Below, in pieces: positions 11,001-18,572 of a stretch of 64,000 nucleotides of DNA (position 1 is the first letter of the stretch; each line of letters starts with the position of its first letter). Source of the stretch: an uncultured Bifidobacteriaceae bacterium (lineage in GTDB: Bacteria; Verrucomicrobiota; Verrucomicrobiia; Limisphaerales; UBA11358). Both the position numbers and the translations under genes were made by a program. The notes under the pieces are model-generated. The model was not told the origin of the DNA and did no database searches. It saw only the letters and a list, made by a program, of their open reading frames with translations. The stretch covers positions 15,459 through 79,458 of the forward strand of contig CAZHIM010000012.1 of the NCBI GenBank assembly GCA_964532525.1, in the 5' to 3' direction.

Positions 11001-11387
11001 CACCAACACGACCTGCCCCGGACGCAAATCCCACTTCGCGTCGGATCCTCGTGACAGATAAGCCGAGCCCGTGTCGTCCTGGATAAACGCCATTTGCAGA
11101 TTCGCATAGCAAAAAGTAACCGAAGCCCGCACCCGGACAGGATAGCCATTTCTCCCCTCTTGCAGCGAAAGGGATTGCACCTCGCTCAATTTGGTCAGCA
11201 GCCGGTTGGTTGACTGGCAGAACCCCACCGACAAGGTGGCCGAACCGGCCAGCAGCATGGTCAAGATGCCCGCGATTCCAAGGGGCCGACCCGGTCTGAA
11301 GAAGGAAGGCAAAATCAACCGCACACGGGTGGCAAGCCACCGGAAACCGGCCCATGTGAAACATGTGACCGATGCGTTTAAACTCAT
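8049..11387 (-). CDS. Membrane sensor histidine kinase with repeated OB-fold-like extracytoplasmic modules
   Basis: H-box LHNVGNVLN, N-box QILINLLGNA, DNGVG, HGFGL; TM helix before the kinase; repeated VRxxGxVT...FxQDxTGG units. Confidence 0.85.
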   Translation of the reverse strand: MSLNASVTCFTWAGFRWLATRVRLILPSFFRPGRPLGIAGILTMLLAGSATLSVGFCQSTNRLLTKLSEVQSLSLQEGRNGYPVRVRASVTFCYANLQMAFIQDDTGSAYLSRGSDAKWDLRPGQVVLVDGVTSPGITQCNVRESNLKVTDEIAMPLPVSLDSEASFRSASDARWVKTTGFISAVVGQLDNRTELRLCAGGGRMLRVAVVDGDLAQAEALRGFLVDVTGVFGLDLDSNNQPTGTNVIWVPGFAWVRKVRPIPITPIASLFVPAGVRSVGLPSRVRGTVIREKPGNYLLVRDSSGRVRANFDASVPYSAGSLVEIVGLPESQEGALVLDHSVILTTDSDPGAAPASTKVVIPTAANTNLDELTQVVQVRNLSLAEAMRGHPVRITGVLTYRDPGQKVQFLQDNSGGIYIDLKRKKFDSLPDARQRVEIRGFSGPGEFAPVIEAEQVSALGEGDFPPPNPLAIQALMTGSQDSQWVTVNGVIRNQTLVGGDTVLSLSAGDSLVSVTVSDAVNHPAPANYEDALVEIQGVCATSFDDQRRLKGIWFYVPGWKQVRVLDAAPQDAFALHLRPLGDLLRFQAAGGGVHRSHVHGVVSSCQEGGAFYLQDGTGGVLFQPQAGAPPVRIGDEIELVGFPSVLNKLPVLQEAVLKPTGHVAQLIPFRLTPDTAGKEELNGRLVRLEGLVLGHFNSPAQEWLSVQIGPWITDAVLDKVQPSDRLATILPGSIVNLTGVYVPKLDDDRRLQSFQVLLRSPQDVRVISRPSWWTAGHVFWVLGTFGVVLALALTWVSLLRKQVQIQTRQLREEIEERKRIEAQAELTHQELLTASRQAGMAEVAISVLHNVGNVLNSANVSSNLLLDRIHRSRTPQVARVADTLRRHTGDLGEFLTHDPKGSLLVNYLGQLAEYLSDERNEILKEIQSLTGNIEHIKEIVAMQQQHAKNRGGVMESLVVSQMVEDALRLHAGAFDPRLKWVRDYQDGLPNITTDKHKVLQILINLLGNAKYACQESRRPDQQVVVRVRAEAGRIKIMVVDNGVGILPENLTRIFNYGFTTRQHGHGFGLHSSVLAARELRGNLSVHSAGPGQGATFTLELPLEGWVEGPVREK

Positions 11388-11546
11388 GAAACCTATTGTA
11401 ATTTCCTGTTCCTAACGGCTGAAATGGCGTTTCACTTGAGGAAAAACGATGTCCGGCCATGACTATTGCCGGTAAATTACCCCCGGGGTCATGGAATGGA
11501 CAGGTAAAATCAAGGCCCGGAAAAACTCCAAACTTCAGAGAGAATT

Positions 11547-11572
11547 GGCGGCGAACGCCAGTTTGCCGCTAG
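11547..11572 (-). repeat. REP-like hairpin, family B copy 3
   Basis: Minus strand CTAGCGGCAAACTGGCGTTCGCCGCC, just downstream of the kinase stop at 11587. Confidence 0.6.
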
Positions 11573-11586
11573 TGCGGCCGGCCAAG

Positions 11587-14445
11587 TTACACCGAGTCCG
11601 GGCTGATTTTCACGGGGACGGTGAGGCGGACGACGGTGCCGCTGTGCGGGCCGGGGACGATTTCGCAGCGGCCGTGAACGTCGGCAAGGCGGCGGCGCAT
11701 GTTCTTCAGGCCGTTGCGGAGATTCTTTCCCGAGAGGTCGCCAATGCCGCGGCCGTTGTCGCTGACGCTCAGGACAAATTCCCGGTCCACGAGCTCCAGC
11801 TTGACGTGGGCCTCGGTGGCGCGGGCGTGCTTGACGACATTGTTGACGGCTTCCTTGAAGGCGAGGAAGACGTTGTGGCGCACCTCGGGCAGGATGGGCG
11901 TGGGCGGAAGGTCCGAGGGCAGGTCGGCGCGATAGCTCACGCCGGCCATGGCGAAATAGTCCTGCGCATATTTGCAGGCGTAATTGGCGAGACTGGCCAG
12001 CGTGTCGTTGGAAGGGTTCACGGCCCAGACGATCTCATCGAGGGAGCGGGTGGTGTCGCGGGCGGTGGCGCAAATCTGCTGGGCGTGCTGCTCGATTTCG
12101 CCGGGCAGCTCCTTGTCGGTCTCGGCCATTTCGCCGAGCAGGGTGATCTGGGTGAGGTTGGCGCCGAGCTGGTCGTGGAGGTCGCGGGCGATGCGGGCGC
12201 GCTCTTGTTCAACCATTTCCTTCTGCTGGGCGGCGCGCAACTGGCGTTTCAGCTTGGCGGTGGAAATGAGATAGATCGTGCCGGCGAGCACGGCAATGAA
12301 GGACACGGCGGCGGCGGCGAGGAAGCCGGGTTTGCGCCAGAAGGGCGGCTCGACGACGATGGCGAGGCTGGCGCCGGTCTCATTCCAGTAGCCGTCCTCG
12401 TTGCAGGCCTGCACGTGGAAAGTGTAGGCGCCGGGCTGCAACTTGGGGAAATGCGCCACGTGCTCGGTGGCGATATCGGTCCAGTTTTCCCGCTCCTTCT
12501 GCGCTTGGTCCTGCAACCGGTAGCGGAAGCGGGCGCCAAATTGCACGCCTTTGGGGGCGGAAAAATCGAGGCTGGCAAAATGGATGTCGAGCTGTTCGTT
12601 GGCGGGCGTGAGGCGGACACTGCCGCTCCAGCCGGGACTGAGCCGGTTGGTGTTCAAGTCCACGCCGTCCACGGCGACCGACTCGATGACGACCGGCGGC
12701 GGATTGGTGTTGGGCTTCAGGGCGAGGGGGTTGATGGAAACGAAGCCCTCGGTGGTGGGGAACCAGAGCGTGCCGTCGCGGGCCTGGATGGCGGCGGGCT
12801 GCGCGCCGGCGGAACATTCGCGGGTGAGAAGCGTGCGGGCGGAGATCCGGCGCGAGTGGTCGGTGGCGAAGTCGGTGAGCGAGTGCTTGGGCACGCGCAG
12901 CAGGCCTTCGTAGGAGCCGATCCAGAAATTGCCCAGGCCGTCTTCAATGAGATAGCCGATGTCATCCATCAGGCCGTCGGCCTTGGTGAAGCGAAACCAA
13001 TTGCCGTTGCGGAAGCAAGCCAGGCCATGGGCAGAAGTGCCGACCCACAGGGCGCCGTCGCGGTCCACGAGCAGGCAGGCGATGTCGCTGACCGGCGCCG
13101 GAACGGGCACGAGGCGGTTGGCCGAGAGGTGGTAGAGCCCGCCGCCGGTGCCAATCCAGAGGCCGCCCTGGTCGTCCTCGGCGAGGGCGCGGATGGGAAA
13201 GGGGGGCAAGCCGTCGGCGGCGGAAACCGTTCGCCAAACCTTGCCGTCGAAACTGGCCAGGCCGCTGCGGCCGCCGACCCAGAGCCGCCCGTCGCGGGCA
13301 AGAAAGAGGGCGTAGATTTGCGGGCCGATCACGCTGGAGGCCGGGACGGAAATGAAATGTCCATCCACGAACTGGAACAGGCCTTCGCCGCTGGTTCCGG
13401 CCCAGACGCGGCCCTGCTGGTCCACGAGCACGGGGCCGGCCTTGGATTCCTGGCCGATGGTGAACCGGCGGACGGAATTGGTGAGCCAGTAAGTGAGGCC
13501 GCGGAGATTGAAGGAGGCCCAGAGGCCGGATTGGGCGTCCTCGGCGGCGGAGAGCGCCACGCCGCCGCCCAGCTCGGCGGGGGTGGAAAAGATTTTGCGC
13601 TTCACGCGGTCCAACCCGCCGCCGTCGGTGCCCACCCAGAGGTCCCCGGCCGAGTCGAAGCAGAGCGAGAGGACGTAGTCCTCGGACAGGCCGTCATTTT
13701 TGGTGAGGTGCTGGAAGCCGCCGCTGTTATCCAGCCAGAAGACGCCCGAACCGCGGGTGCCCACAACCAGATGACCGGCCTCATCGGCGCAAATGGCGGT
13801 GACCACGGCATCGCCCCAGGGCGTGGAAAAATCCTTTCCCAGATGGTCGCCGCGCCATTGCTGGAGCCGGCGGTTTTTGAACGTCCAGAGGGAACCGTCG
13901 GCGGCGCGATAGGAGGCGTGCAAGGCGAGGTCGCTCAGGGCCGAGCGGAACGCCCAAGGAAGGTCCGCCACCCGTTCGAGCACGCCGTCGCGCCAGCAGA
14001 AATCATCCGCGCCGTCGGTGGCGAACCAGAGGGCGTGTTCGGCGTCCTCGAAGGCGGCGGTGATTTTGCCATTGGCGCCGCCCATCGAGAAGACGTTCTT
14101 GAGGACCCCGTCCTGGAGGCGGCCGAGGGCGCCGTTGTGGGTGCCCACCCAGAGATTGGTGCGGCTGTCCTCGTAAAGAAACACGATGACGTTGTCGGGC
14201 AGGCCGGGGGTGTTGTTGACATTGAAGGGCGTCATGGAATCGCCGTCGAACCGGACGAGACCGTTGAGGGTGCCGAGCCAGAGGTAGCCGTCGCGGGTCT
14301 GGGTGATGGCGATGACGGAGCTTTGGGGCAGGCCATCGGCGGTGCTCCAAGCGTCCACCACGAACGGCGAATCCGCGCGGGCGGGGTGTCCCAGAATCAG
14401 CGCCGCCGCCAGGAGGCTGACCAGAAATGGGATGGGGCGATTCAA
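11587..14445 (-). CDS. Beta-propeller (Reg_prop) + Y_Y_Y sensor histidine kinase, HisKA_3 type
   Basis: DGLPQSSV...QTRDGYLWLGT repeats, YTFHVQACNEDG, ERARIARDLHDQLG, EAVNNVVKH, DNGRG. Confidence 0.92.
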   Translation of the reverse strand: MNRPIPFLVSLLAAALILGHPARADSPFVVDAWSTADGLPQSSVIAITQTRDGYLWLGTLNGLVRFDGDSMTPFNVNNTPGLPDNVIVFLYEDSRTNLWVGTHNGALGRLQDGVLKNVFSMGGANGKITAAFEDAEHALWFATDGADDFCWRDGVLERVADLPWAFRSALSDLALHASYRAADGSLWTFKNRRLQQWRGDHLGKDFSTPWGDAVVTAICADEAGHLVVGTRGSGVFWLDNSGGFQHLTKNDGLSEDYVLSLCFDSAGDLWVGTDGGGLDRVKRKIFSTPAELGGGVALSAAEDAQSGLWASFNLRGLTYWLTNSVRRFTIGQESKAGPVLVDQQGRVWAGTSGEGLFQFVDGHFISVPASSVIGPQIYALFLARDGRLWVGGRSGLASFDGKVWRTVSAADGLPPFPIRALAEDDQGGLWIGTGGGLYHLSANRLVPVPAPVSDIACLLVDRDGALWVGTSAHGLACFRNGNWFRFTKADGLMDDIGYLIEDGLGNFWIGSYEGLLRVPKHSLTDFATDHSRRISARTLLTRECSAGAQPAAIQARDGTLWFPTTEGFVSINPLALKPNTNPPPVVIESVAVDGVDLNTNRLSPGWSGSVRLTPANEQLDIHFASLDFSAPKGVQFGARFRYRLQDQAQKERENWTDIATEHVAHFPKLQPGAYTFHVQACNEDGYWNETGASLAIVVEPPFWRKPGFLAAAAVSFIAVLAGTIYLISTAKLKRQLRAAQQKEMVEQERARIARDLHDQLGANLTQITLLGEMAETDKELPGEIEQHAQQICATARDTTRSLDEIVWAVNPSNDTLASLANYACKYAQDYFAMAGVSYRADLPSDLPPTPILPEVRHNVFLAFKEAVNNVVKHARATEAHVKLELVDREFVLSVSDNGRGIGDLSGKNLRNGLKNMRRRLADVHGRCEIVPGPHSGTVVRLTVPVKISPDSV

Positions 14446-14692
14446 GCTGGGGGCGAGGATATGCCGGGAATGCGGGGGGAAAAAGATAATTAAAAACCAC
14501 TTGAAGGTGGCACGAGATGGGCTAGGCTTTCATTAGCCCCATTGAGAACGGGCGCTCCGTTTTTCCTGTTTGAAGAACGGTTTAAACGGGTCGGCGACAG
14601 TAAATCAAACTGTGTGCACGCCGGCCCGTTTTTCTGTGCCTGCGCCCGGCCACACAGGGGCAGCATCGCCCGGATATTTCATAGTCAAACCG

Positions 14693-14828
14693 GTAGCGCA
14701 GACTTCCAAGCCTGCTGTATCGCGGGTTTCCAAACCCGCAGGTCCACTCTATTTTCCACCCCCTCGACCTTGCGACACCCTGCCGATTTGGAAATCGGCG
14801 ATACGGCAGGTTTGGAAACCTGCGCTAC
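14693..14828 (+). repeat. 136-bp GTAG REP doublet (REPIN-like), family A copy 1
   Basis: Begins GTAGCGCAG and ends CTGCGCTAC; internal GGGTTTCCAAACCC and CCGATTTGGAAATCGG hairpins; reverse complement of 18404-18539. Confidence 0.9.
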
Positions 14829-14883
14829 GGTGGTTCTGTCCGCGTACGCCAAAGTCACTATCTCAGAGTTCCGCGGAGCGCCA

Positions 14884-14913
14884 TGGAGTGCGGCGACATG
14901 TCCGCGCACTCCA
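14884..14913 (+). repeat. TGGAGTGCG...CGCACTCCA palindromic repeat
   Basis: 9-bp inverted repeat directly after the cusA stop; end resembles CCGCAGTCCA of 22761-22796. Confidence 0.6.
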
Positions 14914-14916
14914 CAT

Positions 14917-17900
14917 TTATTTTGCGGCGCTGGTGGCCGTTTTGGGCAAGGCCCGCGAGCGCCAGAAGTAATAGATGGCCGGATAGACGGCCAGTTCCAT
15001 GATGGTGGAAGTGATGACGCCGCCGACCATGGGGGTGGCGATGCGTTTCATGACGTCGGCGCCGGCGCCGTGGCTCCACAAGATGGGGGCCAGGCCGGCG
15101 ATGATGACGCAGGCGGTCATGGCCTTGGGGCGGACGCGCTTGACGGCGCCGTGATAGATGGCGTCGTGCAGCGCCGCGGGCGAAGTGAGCGCGCCGCGGG
15201 CCTGCCATTCGGCATAGGCGATTTCCAGATACAGGAGCATGACGACGCCGGTTTCGGCGTCCAAGCCGGCGAGGGCGATGATGCCCACCCACACGGCCAC
15301 GCTGAGGTTGTAGCCGCAGAGGTAGATCGCCCAGAAGGCGCCCACCAGCGAGAACGGCACGGCGAGCATCACGATGGCCGTCTTGAGGGCGGATTGCGTG
15401 TTCAGGTAAATGATGAGCGTGATGAGCAGCAGCGTCAGGGGCACGACGACGAGCAGGCGTTCGCGGGCGTGGAGCATGTATTCGTACTGGCCGCTCCAGA
15501 AAAGGTTGTAGCCGCCGGGCAGGACGATTTCGCCATGGGCCACGGCATCGTTCACCGCGTGCATGGCCATTTGCACGTAGGTGCCCACGTCCACCCCACG
15601 GATATCCACATAGACCCAGGCGTTGGGCACGGCGCCTTCGCTCTTGATACCCATGGGACCGTCCACGACGCTGATGGCGGCCAACTGGCCGAGGGGAATT
15701 TGCGCGCCGCCGGGCGTGGGCACCACGATGTCCTCGCGCAGGGCGCGGAGGTCGGACCGGAAATCGCGGTCGTACCGCAGGTTGATGGTGTAGCGCTGGA
15801 GGCCTTCGACGGTGGTGGTGAGGGGCATGCCGCCAAGGGCCACGGACAGGACGTCCTGCACATCGCCGATGGTGAGGCCGTAGCGGGCGATGGCGTCGCG
15901 ATCAATATTGAACTCGATGAAGCGGCCGCCCATGACGCGTTCGGCGAAGACGCTGGTGGTGCCGGGGACGCGGCGGACGACCGCCTCGACCTGGGTGCCG
16001 ATGCGTTCAAGGGTGGCGAGGTCGGGGCCGGCGATCTTGATGCCGACGGGGGTTTTGATGCCGGTGGAGAGCATGTCAATGCGCGTGCGGATGGGCATGG
16101 TCCAGGCGTTGTTGAGGCCGGGAATCTGGACGGCGTCGTTGAGCGCGTCGGTAAGCTCATCGGGCGTGCGGGGGCGGTGGGCGATGATCTTGCCGGAGTC
16201 GTCGCGGATGTCCACGGCGGGCCAGGCGGACTCGGGCTTGAGCCGGATGGTGGTTTCGATCATGTCCATGGGCGCGGGGTCGGTGGCGGTCTCGGCGCGG
16301 CCGGCCTTGCCGAAGACCTCGGCTACCTCGGGGAAGGATTTGATGAGGCGGTCGGTGACCTGGAGGATTTCGCGGGCCTTCGTGGGCGAGATGCCCGGGA
16401 AGGTCGTGGGCATGTAGAGCAAATCGCCTTCGTAGAGTGGCGGCATGAACTCAGAGCCGATGTTTTGGCAGGGAAAGAATTTGCCGAGGCGGGCGGCAAA
16501 GGCGCGCAGGCTGGTGCGCCAGGTGGTTTGGGAGCGTGCCATCCCCTCACCCTGACCCTCTCCCCCGGGGAGAGGGGACAGCGGCTGGACACCCTTTGAT
16601 AATTGGACGTTGGTCGAGCCGTTTGCCGCGCCGGGTTGGCCCGGAGCAGAGAGCGAAGCCGTCGCCACCGCAGAATCGGACGGCAAATGATTCAAGACAA
16701 TTTGGTTCCAAGGGAAGAACACCCAGACGACGATGAGCAGCGCGGCGAGGACGACGGCGCGGCGCCGGCGGACGACGAAATTCAGGACCGGATGGTAGAG
16801 CCAGATGAGGAGGCGATTGATGGGATTTTTTTCCTCGGCGGGGATTTTTCCGCGGATGAACCAGCCCATGAGGACGGGGGCGAGCGTGATGGACAGCAGC
16901 GCGGCGGCGGCCATGGAATAGGTTTTGGTGAAGGCCAGCGGCTTGAAGAGGCGGCCCTCCTGCTCCTGCAACGTGAACACGGGCAGGAAGGAAACGGTGA
17001 TGACCAGCAGCGAATAAAAGAGCGTGGGTCCGACCTCGATGGCGGCGTCGCGGATGATTTCCCAGTGCGGCTTGCGGCCCTGCTCGTGCTCGAGGTGCTT
17101 GTGGGCGTTCTCGATCATGATGATGACGGCGTCCACCATGGCGCCGATGGCGATGGCGATGCCGCCGAGGGACATGATGTTGGAGCTGATGCCCTGGCCG
17201 AACATGACGAGCAGCGCGATGAGCACGGCCACCGGGAGGATGATGATGGCCACCAAAGCGCTCCGCAGGTGCAGCAGGAAGAGCAGGCAAATGAGCGCGA
17301 CGACGAGGCTTTCTTCCAGGAGCTTTTCCTCCAGCGTCTTCACGGCGCGGTCAATCAGGTCGGAGCGGTCGTAATTGACGGTCACGTGGACATCTTCGGG
17401 CAGGGCCTTCATGGCCTGGGCCAGGCGCGCCTTGACGTCTTGGATGACGTGGTAGGCGTTGGCGCCGTAGCGAACGATGACGATGCCGCCGACGGTTTCG
17501 CCTTGGCCGTTGGCCTCGGCGATTCCGCGTCGCATGTCGGGTCCGAACTGGATGGTGGCGACGTCGCGCAGGAGGATGGGCACGCCGCGGTCGCCGGTGC
17601 CGACGGCAATTTTTTTCAAGTCGTCCAGGCTGGTGATGTAGCCCTTGACGCGCAGGATGAATTCGCGTTCGGCGAGCTCGATGGACCGACCGCCGACCTC
17701 GCCGTTGCTGCGCTCGATGGCGCGGCTGACGTCGCTAAGCGAGAGGTTGTAGGCGCGCAGCCGGGTGGGGTCCACGGTGACCTGGTATTGCTTCACAAAG
17801 CCGCCAACGGAGGCGACCTCGGAGACGCCGGGCACGGCGGTGAGCTGGTATTTGAGATACCAGTCCTGAATGGAGCGCAGCTCGGCCAAGTCGCGGTTGG

Positions 17901-18339
17901 TGGAGTTGAGCGAATACATGAAGGCCCAGCCCACGCCGGTGGCGTCCGGGCCGAGCGAGGGGGTGACGCCCCGCGGCAACTGGCCGGAGATGCTGCTCAA
18001 GTATTCGAGCACGCGGCTCCGGGCCCAGTAGGGATCCGTGCCGTCCTCAAAAATCACATAGACGAAGGAGTAGCCGTAAAAGGAGTAGCCCCGCACGACC
18101 TTGGCGCGCGGCACGGAGAGCATCTTGGTGGTGATGGGATAAGTGAGCTGGTCCTCGATGATGTTGGGGGCCTGGCCATTCCACTCGGTGTAGATGATGA
18201 CCTGGGTATCCGAGAGGTCGGGAATGGCGTCGAGGGGGATATGGGTGGCGGCATAGACGCCGCCAAACAAAAGCACCGCGGTGCCGAGCACCACGAGGAA
18301 CTTGTTGCGCAGCGAAAAATCAATGATGCGTTGGAGCAT
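14917..18339 (-). CDS. cusA: CusA/CzcA-family heavy-metal RND efflux permease
   Basis: PLDAIPDLSDTQVII, GPDATGVGWAFMY, GSEFMPPLYEGDLLYMP, AVKRVRPKAMT; Met-rich Cu/Ag type. Carries an internal insertion. Confidence 0.95.
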   Translation of the reverse strand: MLQRIIDFSLRNKFLVVLGTAVLLFGGVYAATHIPLDAIPDLSDTQVIIYTEWNGQAPNIIEDQLTYPITTKMLSVPRAKVVRGYSFYGYSFVYVIFEDGTDPYWARSRVLEYLSSISGQLPRGVTPSLGPDATGVGWAFMYSLNSTNRDLAELRSIQDWYLKYQLTAVPGVSEVASVGGFVKQYQVTVDPTRLRAYNLSLSDVSRAIERSNGEVGGRSIELAEREFILRVKGYITSLDDLKKIAVGTGDRGVPILLRDVATIQFGPDMRRGIAEANGQGETVGGIVIVRYGANAYHVIQDVKARLAQAMKALPEDVHVTVNYDRSDLIDRAVKTLEEKLLEESLVVALICLLFLLHLRSALVAIIILPVAVLIALLVMFGQGISSNIMSLGGIAIAIGAMVDAVIIMIENAHKHLEHEQGRKPHWEIIRDAAIEVGPTLFYSLLVITVSFLPVFTLQEQEGRLFKPLAFTKTYSMAAAALLSITLAPVLMGWFIRGKIPAEEKNPINRLLIWLYHPVLNFVVRRRRAVVLAALLIVVWVFFPWNQIVLNHLPSDSAVATASLSAPGQPGAANGSTNVQLSKGVQPLSPLPGGEGQGEGMARSQTTWRTSLRAFAARLGKFFPCQNIGSEFMPPLYEGDLLYMPTTFPGISPTKAREILQVTDRLIKSFPEVAEVFGKAGRAETATDPAPMDMIETTIRLKPESAWPAVDIRDDSGKIIAHRPRTPDELTDALNDAVQIPGLNNAWTMPIRTRIDMLSTGIKTPVGIKIAGPDLATLERIGTQVEAVVRRVPGTTSVFAERVMGGRFIEFNIDRDAIARYGLTIGDVQDVLSVALGGMPLTTTVEGLQRYTINLRYDRDFRSDLRALREDIVVPTPGGAQIPLGQLAAISVVDGPMGIKSEGAVPNAWVYVDIRGVDVGTYVQMAMHAVNDAVAHGEIVLPGGYNLFWSGQYEYMLHARERLLVVVPLTLLLITLIIYLNTQSALKTAIVMLAVPFSLVGAFWAIYLCGYNLSVAVWVGIIALAGLDAETGVVMLLYLEIAYAEWQARGALTSPAALHDAIYHGAVKRVRPKAMTACVIIAGLAPILWSHGAGADVMKRIATPMVGGVITSTIMELAVYPAIYYFWRSRALPKTATSAAK
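16543..16577 (+). repeat. CCCTCACCCTGACCCTCTCCCCCGGGGAGAGGGG palindromic element inside the cusA CDS
   Basis: Translated in cusA as PLSPLPGGEGQGEG; same family as 20428-20466, 20590-20608 and 5215-5260. Confidence 0.85.
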
Positions 18340-18403
18340 GGAATTCCCCGGGACTTAAGCCGGATATTTCACAGTTGCATTGTCGGACGATGGCAACACT
18401 GGC

Positions 18404-18539
18404 GTAGCGCAGGTTTCCAAACCTGCTGTATCGCCGATTTCCAAATCGGCAGGGTGTCGCCATGCCGAGGGTGTTGGAAATGCAGAGAGCCTCCGGGCTT
18501 GGAAACCCGCGATACAGCAGACTTGGAAGTCTGCGCTAC
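18404..18539 (-). repeat. 136-bp GTAG REP doublet, family A copy 2 (inverted relative to copy 1)
   Basis: Same length and high identity to 14693-14828 when reverse-complemented; lies between cusB and cusA. Confidence 0.9.
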
Positions 18540-18572
18540 AGGATTGCCGAGAAATCAGGGATGGTGGAGACC

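Noticed and set aside
14508-14524. Sigma54-like TGGCACGAGATGGGCT
   Set aside because: The -12 box lacks TTGC and it points toward the 3' end of cusA with no downstream + strand gene.
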